From Sulfurimonadaceae bacterium (GTDB taxonomy: Bacteria; Campylobacterota; Campylobacteria; Campylobacterales; Sulfurimonadaceae): DNA of 16,748 bases. The translations under genes were made by a program, and so were the position numbers. The notes beneath the pieces were generated by a model that was not told where the DNA came from, ran no database searches, and saw only the letters and a program-made list of their open reading frames with translations. The stretch is from positions 1 through 16,748 of the forward strand of contig JBFESZ010000040.1 of the NCBI GenBank assembly GCA_041548245.1. Reading direction: 5' to 3'. Of this stretch, positions 1-7,678 are shown in pieces (within the stretch, counting starts at the first letter, position 1; each line of letters begins with the position of its first letter).

Positions 1-366
1 AACGAAAGTCTTTTCAGCCATCCCAATGAATTAAAGCAAGTTGTGTTAAACTTGTTGAAAAACTCTCAAGAAGCATTAGCCCAAGAGAAAATAAAAGAGC
101 CCAAGATCACCATCTTGACCTATAAAGATGAAGATAAAATGTGCTTTCAGATTAGAGACAATGCCGGAGGAATACCGGTAAATATCATCAGCAAGGTTTT
201 TGAACCTTACTTTACGACTAAAGATGAACTTCATGGTAGCGGATTGGGACTTTACATGTCGAAAAAGATAATCAATGAACATTGCGGTGGCACATTAGAA
301 GTTGAAAACACTCCTGATGGAGCATCTTTCATATGTAAACTGCCAAGGATGAACAGTGACAGCTGA
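1..366 (+). CDS. Sensor histidine kinase, C-terminal HATPase_c domain (5'-truncated by the window edge)
   Basis: Frame +1 is open from base 1 (NESLFSHPNELKQVVLNLLKNSQEA...). N box NLLKNS, G1 DNAGGI, F box FEPYFTTK, G2 GSGLGL. Stop at 364-366 overlaps the next gene. Confidence 0.95.
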   Translation, partial: NESLFSHPNELKQVVLNLLKNSQEALAQEKIKEPKITILTYKDEDKMCFQIRDNAGGIPVNIISKVFEPYFTTKDELHGSGLGLYMSKKIINEHCGGTLEVENTPDGASFICKLPRMNSDS

Positions 367-2071
367 TACTATCAACGCACTTCTAAAAACAAGTCAGACA
401 ATGCGTGTACTTTACGTCGAAGATGATGAGAATGCCCGTAGTTCTATGTTGCTTGTATTAGAGGATTTTTTCCCGAAAATCGTAACAGCTGCAGATGGAC
501 AGGAGGGTCTAGAGAAGTTCAGGCAAGAGAGCTTTGATCTTGTTTTGACTGACATCAACATGCCTAATATGAATGGTCTTGAGATGATCGCACATATACG
601 GGATCTCACAAAAGAGACCCCTATCCTTGTCTTGTCCGCATCAAATGAAGCCGATGTCTTCACCAAGACGATCAAGCTTGATATTGATGGCTACCTCTTA
701 AAACCTATCGATATGACACAGCTCGTTGAGATATTGTCAAAAACGATCAATAAAATAGAGTTGATACGTGAAAACGAAGCTTACAAACACCACTTGGAAG
801 AGAAGGTAGAAAAACGTACCCAGCAGCTGCTTTACCAGTCATTTCACGATCCTTTAACCGACAAAAAGAACAAAAATGCCTTTGATAACGATAGCTCCAA
901 CCATCGCAGGGGAACCTTTTTCCTAATCAAGATTGATACCCTCAGACAGTATAATGAGCTTTATGGTATGCCTATAGGAAGTATACTCCTGCAGTCATTT
1001 GCTGACATGTTAGAAGAGTATGCAAAACATATAGACTTTGAGACCTATCGGGTGCATGAAGATGCTTTTGGCCTTTATAACAAACATGCAATGAATAAAG
1101 AAGAGTCTGATGAGTGTCTGCATAAGCTATTGACGGTTATTAACGACTTTTCCGTCTACATACCTGAAATCGACGACTCTCTTGATATTGATGTCACGAT
1201 AGCCCTCTCTATAGGGCAAGAGCATATTCTTGAAACTGCCGAGATGGCCTACCATTATGCTAAAGAACATAAAAAAAACTTTTCTGTCTATGATCCTTCT
1301 TTACACTCCAGCGCTGAAGTCAAAAATGAGCTTTATTGGCGTTCGGAAGTAAAGACAGCGATTAAGCAGGACAGTATCGTCCCTGTTTTTCAAGCCATAG
1401 TCGATCGTAACCATCAGGCCAATAAATATGAGGTCCTTATGCGTATGGTTCAAGAGACTCCTGAAGGGAAAAAGATAGTCGCACCTTTTCATTTTTTAGA
1501 GATTGCTAAAAAGACAAAACAGTACCGAAGTTTGACCGAAATTATGGTGGCTAAAAGCTTCAAAATGATGAGCGATAAGGATGTCGACTTTTCACTCAAC
1601 CTCTCTTTTGAGAATATCAAAGACGAGACATGCGCACAGATGCTTACAGACTACATCAACCGATATAATGTCGGTGAACGTCTTATCCTGGAGATCGTCG
1701 AAAGTGAATATATTCAGGACTTCAACCTTGTCAACAATTTTTTAAGTCAGTTTAAAAAAATGGGAGTTCGAATCGCCATTGATGATTTTGGCAGCGGCTA
1801 CTCGAATTTTACACACATCATCGAACTTCAGCCTGATTATATTAAAATCGACGGTTCGTTGATTAAAGACATCTTGATCAAACCCGAGTCACTGGTTCTT
1901 GTCAAAGCGATCATAAGTTTTTCAAAAGAGCTAAACATGAAAGTCATCGCCGAGTATGTAAGTTCAAAAGAGGCCTATGAGCTTTTGCTTGAGCTGGGTG
2001 TAGATGAATTCCAAGGCTACTATATCGCAGAACCTGCATTAGACCCATTTAGAGGAGATTACAATGATTGA
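356..2071 (+). CDS. Response regulator with REC, degenerate GGDEF and EAL domains (likely c-di-GMP phosphodiesterase)
   Basis: GTG start with AAGGA at 345-349. REC motifs YVEDD, LTDINMP, LLKP. GGDEF-fold entry HDPLT, but the signature reads HEDAF. EAL motifs EVLMR, EIVESE, IDDFGSGYS, KIDGSL, IAEYV, QGYY. Confidence 0.93.
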   Translation: MTADTINALLKTSQTMRVLYVEDDENARSSMLLVLEDFFPKIVTAADGQEGLEKFRQESFDLVLTDINMPNMNGLEMIAHIRDLTKETPILVLSASNEADVFTKTIKLDIDGYLLKPIDMTQLVEILSKTINKIELIRENEAYKHHLEEKVEKRTQQLLYQSFHDPLTDKKNKNAFDNDSSNHRRGTFFLIKIDTLRQYNELYGMPIGSILLQSFADMLEEYAKHIDFETYRVHEDAFGLYNKHAMNKEESDECLHKLLTVINDFSVYIPEIDDSLDIDVTIALSIGQEHILETAEMAYHYAKEHKKNFSVYDPSLHSSAEVKNELYWRSEVKTAIKQDSIVPVFQAIVDRNHQANKYEVLMRMVQETPEGKKIVAPFHFLEIAKKTKQYRSLTEIMVAKSFKMMSDKDVDFSLNLSFENIKDETCAQMLTDYINRYNVGERLILEIVESEYIQDFNLVNNFLSQFKKMGVRIAIDDFGSGYSNFTHIIELQPDYIKIDGSLIKDILIKPESLVLVKAIISFSKELNMKVIAEYVSSKEAYELLLELGVDEFQGYYIAEPALDPFRGDYND

Positions 2072-3083
2072 ACCAAAGCTTGTTCTTGAGTACACGCAAG
2101 ACCTGCGTGTACTCTTTGTAGAGGACGAAGCCGTTGTTGCAGAACAGACCATATTATTACTGAATAATTATTTTGATCGAGTCGATCACGCTTTTGACGG
2201 TCAAGAAGCGCTGATTAAATTTAAAGATGCCCGCCAAGCCTCAGACGAGTATGATCTTATCATCACGGACATCAATATGCCCAATATGAACGGCATAGAG
2301 CTATGTGAAGCTGTCTATAGTATCAACCCGGACCAGAAGATCATCGTGATTTCTGCACATAACGAAGCAAACTACCTCTACCAGCTTATCAATATGGGTG
2401 TAGACCGTTTTATCAACAAACCAATTGAAATCGCCAATATAACAAAAGCTCTCTACTATGTCTGTCAAAGCATATCAGATCGAAAAAAGATCAAAAAGTA
2501 TTATGATGAGATCGAACAACTCAACATCGCCCTTATCAAAAAGAACCGTGAGCTGGAACAATCCTTTCGCATGTACGACAAAATGATCTTAAAAGAGAAG
2601 CTAATTCGATCTAATATCATGGATATGCAAGAGTCTTACGAGGATCATCTTGAAGAAAAATCTGCTGAAAAGGCCACTCTTAATGATTTTGTTGAACATG
2701 ATTTGACTAAACTACGTGGTCTGCATCAAGAGATGGACCTTTTAGTTCTTACTATGATTACAAAAGAGAACAGCGAGAAAATCACAGAGTTTGCACATCT
2801 GACTCAAGAGTACAGTGCTGTTTTATGCGACCACTCTGCCTTCAGTGCATTATGTGAATCATTTAAAAGACTCTCACAGACACTTCTAAACAAGTCTGCT
2901 CCCAAAGAAAACCGCCAGTTAGACACTATACTCACGACACTTGAAGGTTTTCTTTTCACGCTCAAACGTTGGCAGGATTGCTGGACCAGTGAGCAGAAAA
3001 CATCGGCCAACTTTTTTGACGAGTCCTTGCGTAATGATATAGACACCATTATCTCACTTTGGTCCCAAGAAGAAGCTTTTTGA
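2064..3083 (+). CDS. Response regulator: REC, coiled coil and uncharacterised helical C-terminal domain
   Basis: AGAGGAG RBS at 2051-2057. REC motifs FVEDE, ITDINMP, ISAH, INKP. No recognisable HTH or enzymatic output domain. Confidence 0.9.
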   Translation: MIEPKLVLEYTQDLRVLFVEDEAVVAEQTILLLNNYFDRVDHAFDGQEALIKFKDARQASDEYDLIITDINMPNMNGIELCEAVYSINPDQKIIVISAHNEANYLYQLINMGVDRFINKPIEIANITKALYYVCQSISDRKKIKKYYDEIEQLNIALIKKNRELEQSFRMYDKMILKEKLIRSNIMDMQESYEDHLEEKSAEKATLNDFVEHDLTKLRGLHQEMDLLVLTMITKENSEKITEFAHLTQEYSAVLCDHSAFSALCESFKRLSQTLLNKSAPKENRQLDTILTTLEGFLFTLKRWQDCWTSEQKTSANFFDESLRNDIDTIISLWSQEEAF

Positions 3084-3145
3084 TAAACGCTATTGCTTTA
3101 TGTTATCTTTACATAATAATCAAGATCATATAGATACGGAGCCTC

Positions 3146-5050
3146 ATGAGAATATGTCCTGAAAATACAACCAATACAGTATTTAATAAAGGTAATTATA
3201 ATATCTTGATTGTTGAAGACTCCAAGTTTGTCAACAAACTGCTGTGTGATACACTATCAAAATATGGCTATCATGTCCAAACATCCCATACACTTGCTGA
3301 GGCAAGAGCAGCTCTTTCGGCCTCCCGCTTTGATCTTATTTTACTTGACCTTCACCTTCCCGATGGCGACAGTGACGGATTGATCGAGGAGATGAAAAAC
3401 GTGCCTGAGACGAAGATTATCGTCTTGACGGCTGATGATGATCAGATGACACGCGAGCATGTCTTTCAGCAAGGTGTTTTAGACTACTTCAATAAAGACA
3501 ACAAGCTTCCCTTCACGATCAGTCTCATTAACAATATCATCGAAGAGATCCAGCAAAACAGTGCGGCTTCCATACTCATCATTGATGATTCAATGCTTGT
3601 ACGAAGTCTACTGAGTATCCTACTCTCTCCAAGAAACTACAACATAATGACTGCAAATAATGCACAAGAGGGTCTGAAGATTTTAAAAGAGCAGGAGATC
3701 GATCTGGTCATACTGGACATGGAGCTTCCTGACATGCACGGGACCAAAGTCTTGAACATGATCAAAGCCGATACTGCGACGATGCAGATAGAGGTCATCG
3801 TTCTTTCAGGAACATCAGAGCCAAACATTATCAGTACCGTACTGAAACAGGGTGCTTGCAGTTTCATCAAAAAACCTTTTGCTTCGGAAGAGCTTATACA
3901 CTCCGTTGATACATGGATCAGCTATCGTCGTGAAAAGCTCCTAAGAGCATGCCAGCAGCACACACTGCAAGAGTATAAATATGCAATTGATCGCAATTCT
4001 ATCGTTTCGATTACTAATGAAAAAGGAATCATCACTTCTGCCAATGAAAACTTTTGCAAGATATCCGGATATTCAAAAGAGGAGCTTATTGGTAAACCTC
4101 ATAATATCGTACGCCATCCGGATGAAGATCCTTCCGTTTTCAAAGAGCTATGGGCTACTATACAGGCCAAAAAGCCATGGTCAGGTAGACTGAAGAACTT
4201 GGCAAAAGATGGGCACACCTATTATGTAGACACTACTATTAGTCCTCTTTTGAACATTGATGGCAGTATAAAAGAGTACCTGGCCATCCGACATGATATA
4301 ACACAGATCATGCAGACACATAATCAACTTAATGATGAACTGAACGAAAAAGATGCACTCATCAGCATGCAATCACGCCAGGCAGCTATGGGAGAGATGC
4401 TCAGCATGATCACTCATCAATGGAAACAGCCGCTATCAACCATGTCAGCCATTTCAAACCGAATGCAGATGGACATAGCACTGGAGAAGATAGATGTGCA
4501 AAATCTTGAGAAATATGCAAAGACCATTGAAGAACAGGTTCAGTACCTTTCACAAACGATTGATGATTTCAAAAACTTCTTAAAACCATCAACGGGTAAA
4601 GAGCTCACCAAAGTATCGGATGTGATTGAAAACACGATGAAACTCATGGAAAGACTGATACAAGACAAACAGATCGATGTTGTCATGAATTTGGAATCTA
4701 CCAGCATGATAGAGACCTATCCGCGTGAATTGGTACAGGTCTTGATAAAACTGATAAAAAATGCTGCTGATGCTTTTGAACAGCGAACGGCAGAGAACAA
4801 AAGTATCAGCATTGAGACAAAAGAGAATGAGAAACATGTGACCATAGAGGTGCAAGACAATGCCGGAGGCATACCTCCAGAGCTGCTTGAAAAGATCTTT
4901 GAACCCTACTTCACTACTAAAGATAAAAGCAAGGGAACCGGACTTGGTCTGCATATCTGTAAGAGCATTATGCAAGAGCATATGAATGGAGATATTACCG
5001 TAAGCAACACACCAAACGGCGCACGCTTTATCCTTCAGCTTCCAAAATAA
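3146..5050 (+). CDS. Cytoplasmic hybrid histidine kinase: REC-REC-PAS-HisKA-HATPase_c
   Basis: REC1 IVEDS/LLDLHLPD; REC2 IIDDS/ILDMELPD/KKPF; PAS with HNIVRHPD...LW...W.G.LKN; H box ITHQWKQPL; DNAGGI, FEPYFTTK, GTGLGL. No transmembrane segment. GGAG RBS at 3138-3141. Confidence 0.94.
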   Translation: MRICPENTTNTVFNKGNYNILIVEDSKFVNKLLCDTLSKYGYHVQTSHTLAEARAALSASRFDLILLDLHLPDGDSDGLIEEMKNVPETKIIVLTADDDQMTREHVFQQGVLDYFNKDNKLPFTISLINNIIEEIQQNSAASILIIDDSMLVRSLLSILLSPRNYNIMTANNAQEGLKILKEQEIDLVILDMELPDMHGTKVLNMIKADTATMQIEVIVLSGTSEPNIISTVLKQGACSFIKKPFASEELIHSVDTWISYRREKLLRACQQHTLQEYKYAIDRNSIVSITNEKGIITSANENFCKISGYSKEELIGKPHNIVRHPDEDPSVFKELWATIQAKKPWSGRLKNLAKDGHTYYVDTTISPLLNIDGSIKEYLAIRHDITQIMQTHNQLNDELNEKDALISMQSRQAAMGEMLSMITHQWKQPLSTMSAISNRMQMDIALEKIDVQNLEKYAKTIEEQVQYLSQTIDDFKNFLKPSTGKELTKVSDVIENTMKLMERLIQDKQIDVVMNLESTSMIETYPRELVQVLIKLIKNAADAFEQRTAENKSISIETKENEKHVTIEVQDNAGGIPPELLEKIFEPYFTTKDKSKGTGLGLHICKSIMQEHMNGDITVSNTPNGARFILQLPK

Positions 5051-5061
5051 GTTTTGAATCT

Positions 5062-5090
5062 AAAAGATGTAATCTGTATTTCATCTTTTT
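5062..5090 (+). terminator. Putative intrinsic terminator hairpin after the signalling cluster
   Basis: AAAAGATG (5062-5069) and CATCTTTT (5082-5089) form an inverted repeat with inner AAT/ATT pairing, ending in a T run just after the kinase stop. Confidence 0.55.
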
Positions 5091-5145
5091 ATACACTACA
5101 TTATCAGACTACTCTTTCTTCTGCATTACACTCCCTCTTGCATTA

Positions 5146-5154
5146 TGTTAAAAT
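5146..5154 (+). promoter_or_regulatory. Extended -10 sigma70-type promoter element for the flgA operon
   Basis: TGTTAAAAT matches TGnTA(T/A)AAT, typical of Campylobacterota RpoD promoters, about 40 nt upstream of the flgA ATG. Confidence 0.6.
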
Positions 5155-5193
5155 ACCCTATTCCTTTGAAAGCACAGTAAACAAACAAATTTT

Positions 5194-6060
5194 ATGAGAC
5201 AGATATTTTTTTTACTCTTTTTTGTCATTTCAGGTTCCTCGGCCACCTTGCAATCGCATTATACTTTTGCCGGCTCTGAGCTCAATGCATCGCTCATCGA
5301 CCCTGAGATAGCCGATGATTTCACCATCTATACCTTTGAGGAGAACAGGAATAGAAAATCCTTTTCAGCAGAGAGCTTGATCAAGCTCTTTGACGAGCAC
5401 AACCTAAACTTAAGCGATAAGAGCAGAGGTATCGTTCATTTTGAACGCGGATCTTCCGTGAGTCTTGAACCAATCATAAATGACATCAAGGCTTACTATC
5501 TCAACTACTATCCTCAGATGCAGATAAAGAGCATCCACTTGCACTCCAATACCCCTGTCGTTCAACTGCCTGAGGAATATAGTCTCTCATTCAAACCCAA
5601 TGCCTACAAATATAATCGTTCAAGCCTCATAATGAATTCGAAGGAACTCAACACACGTCTCTTCTTTCACTATACACTTGAGGCCACCGTGAAGGTTTTT
5701 AAAGCAAGTCATAACATAAATCGAGGTACAATTCTTAATTATATTGACCTGAAATATACCAGCGTACCCTTCAAACGATTAACAGGTACGCCTTTGAGAG
5801 GTATAGACACGAACCGCGTTCGATTAAAAAAGCGTATTCCAAAGGGAAAGACACTTTACGAACACGATGTTGAACTGCTTCCCTCAGTTCTTAAAAACAA
5901 AACGGTCTATGCACGTTTTAGCAACGGCAATGTACACTTGGAATTTCAAGCCACAAGTTTACAAGACGGGCGTCTAGGCGATGTGATTTTAATACAGAAA
6001 AAAGACAACACGCGTCTCAAAGCAAAAGTTGTCGGGACAAACCAGGTTGAGATTGAGTAA
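5194..6060 (+). CDS. flgA: Flagellar basal body P-ring formation chaperone FlgA
   Basis: Hydrophobic N-terminal signal peptide. C-terminal SAF/ChapFlgA pattern (A..NINRG.IL; ATSLQDGRLGDVI.I; LKAKVVG.NQVEIE). Synteny with ubiX-coaD-tmk as in Campylobacterota. Confidence 0.88.
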   Translation: MRQIFFLLFFVISGSSATLQSHYTFAGSELNASLIDPEIADDFTIYTFEENRNRKSFSAESLIKLFDEHNLNLSDKSRGIVHFERGSSVSLEPIINDIKAYYLNYYPQMQIKSIHLHSNTPVVQLPEEYSLSFKPNAYKYNRSSLIMNSKELNTRLFFHYTLEATVKVFKASHNINRGTILNYIDLKYTSVPFKRLTGTPLRGIDTNRVRLKKRIPKGKTLYEHDVELLPSVLKNKTVYARFSNGNVHLEFQATSLQDGRLGDVILIQKKDNTRLKAKVVGTNQVEIE

Positions 6061-6088
6061 ATGCATACTATGAAAATAAAGAACATCG

Positions 6089-6628
6089 ATGTCATCAGCT
6101 AAGAAAATCATTATCGGTATCAGCGGTGCAAGTGGTGCACATATTGGTTTGAATGTCATCAAGCATATCCCGGAACATATGCAGAAGCACCTCGTTGTAT
6201 CAGAGCATGCCAAGGTTGTTCTGGATAAAGAGACCCCGATCAAACAGTATGAAAACCATGACATCGGTGCCTCGATTGCTTCGGGCTCATACGGTGCCGA
6301 TATCATGATGATAACACCCTGCAGTATGAACACCCTGGCCAAGATAGCTTGTGGAATCGCTGATGACCTTATCACCCGTGCAGCCAGTGTAATGATCAAA
6401 GAGAACAAGAAGCTTTTGCTCGCACCAAGAGAGATGCCCTTTTCGGCGATTGCTTTGGAAAACATGCTTAAACTCTCCCGTCTGGGGGTTATCATTGCAC
6501 CTCCGGTCGCTGCATACTATGCCGATGTTAAGAGTGTAGATGAGATGGAAGCCTTTTTTATCGGGAAATGGTTTGACCTTTTAGATATTGAACATGACTT
6601 ATATAAACGATGGAGTAGTGATGACTAA
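6089..6628 (+). CDS. ubiX: UbiX family flavin prenyltransferase
   Basis: Motifs IGISGASG, ASIASGS, PCSMNTLAKIACGIADDLITRAA.V.IKE, PREMP, and PP.AYY. Confidence 0.95.
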   Translation: MSSAKKIIIGISGASGAHIGLNVIKHIPEHMQKHLVVSEHAKVVLDKETPIKQYENHDIGASIASGSYGADIMMITPCSMNTLAKIACGIADDLITRAASVMIKENKKLLLAPREMPFSAIALENMLKLSRLGVIIAPPVAAYYADVKSVDEMEAFFIGKWFDLLDIEHDLYKRWSSDD

Positions 6629-7112
6629 GATTGCCCTGTATCCCGGAACTTTTGATCCCATAACAAATGGACACTATGATATTATTGCCCGTGCGCTCAA
6701 CCTTTTTGATGAAGTCATCGTGGCAATCGCAGACTCACGCGATAAAAAGCCTCTGTTTACCCTTGAACAGCGTGTCAAAATGGCGGAAGCGGCTACATCA
6801 CACCTGAAAAATGTCAGAGTCCTTCCCTTTGATAACCTGACAGTAGAGTTCGCGGCGGAGTTGAATGCGACTGTCCTTATCCGAGGTCTTCGTGCGGTGA
6901 GTGACTTTGAATATGAGCTTCAGCTCGGTTATCTCAACAACTCTCTTGATGCAAACATTGAGACGATCTATCTGATGCCGAATTTGAAACACGCTTTTAT
7001 CAGTTCGTCTATCGTCAGAAACCTTCTGAAGTTCAACGGAAAGACCTCGCACCTGCTTCCAACCAAGGTTGAAAGTATGATCAAAGAGATGAATGCATGT
7101 ACATTGTTGTAG
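6621..7112 (+). CDS. coaD: Phosphopantetheine adenylyltransferase
   Basis: YPGTFDPITNGH, RGLRAVSDFEYE, FISSS. The start is revised to ATG 6621 (GGAG upstream; MTKIALYPG), overlapping the ubiX stop. Confidence 0.97.
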   Translation: MTKIALYPGTFDPITNGHYDIIARALNLFDEVIVAIADSRDKKPLFTLEQRVKMAEAATSHLKNVRVLPFDNLTVEFAAELNATVLIRGLRAVSDFEYELQLGYLNNSLDANIETIYLMPNLKHAFISSSIVRNLLKFNGKTSHLLPTKVESMIKEMNACTLL

Positions 7113-7678
7113 AAGGTATCGACACCTGCGGTAAAAGCACGCAGATAGAACTCCTTGCCAAAGCTTATCCGCAGGCGATTATCACGAAAGAGCCTGGTGC
7201 GACAGAACTTGGAGCCAAAATACGTGAACTAGTCCTCTACAGCGACGGCCTATGCCCGGTGACTGAACTTCTGCTTTTTTTAGCTGACAGAAGTAATCAT
7301 GCATCTGCTGTTATCAAACCAAACCTTGGACGTCTGATCATCTCTGATCGTTCACTCGTCTCCGGTATGGCCTATGCCCTTGCATCCAGAAAATTCGAGT
7401 TCGAATGGTTGGAACAACTCAATCGTTTTGCCATGCAAGACATCATGCCTGATGCGATTATCCTCTTCAAAATAAAAGAGGAGACTCTACGTGAACGCCT
7501 GGGTGAAAAGAGTCACGATATTATCGAACAACGTGGTATTGAATACATGCTTGATGTCCAGCAGCAGTTACAGTTTGTTGCCAAACAACTTGGAATAAAA
7601 ACACTAATGATCCATGCAGAAGAGAGCATAAATGATATCTATACACAAATTGACAATTTTATAAAAGGAAACCTATGA
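7097..7678 (+). CDS. tmk: Thymidylate (dTMP) kinase
   Basis: P-loop EGIDTCGKSTQ, then KEPG, ELLLFLADR and ISDRS...SGMAY. Confidence 0.96.
   Translation: MYIVVEGIDTCGKSTQIELLAKAYPQAIITKEPGATELGAKIRELVLYSDGLCPVTELLLFLADRSNHASAVIKPNLGRLIISDRSLVSGMAYALASRKFEFEWLEQLNRFAMQDIMPDAIILFKIKEETLRERLGEKSHDIIEQRGIEYMLDVQQQLQFVAKQLGIKTLMIHAEESINDIYTQIDNFIKGNL

Noticed and set aside
157..4869. Short repeated DNA: GACAATGCCGGAGG at 157-170 and 4856-4869, and similar TDINMPNMNG-coding stretches near 550 and 2270
   Set aside because: Explained by conserved protein motifs in paralogous kinase and REC domains. The synonymous differences argue against a repeat element or recent duplication.
5206..5223. T8 and T6 runs in the 5' end of flgA as a possible phase-variation tract
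   Set aside because: The runs are short, encode Phe/Leu of the signal peptide, and are expected in an AT-rich genome. The frame is intact.
6588..6620. Longer N-terminus for coaD given in the ORF track
   Set aside because: It overlaps ubiX extensively. ATG 6621 has an RBS and gives the typical CoaD N-terminus.
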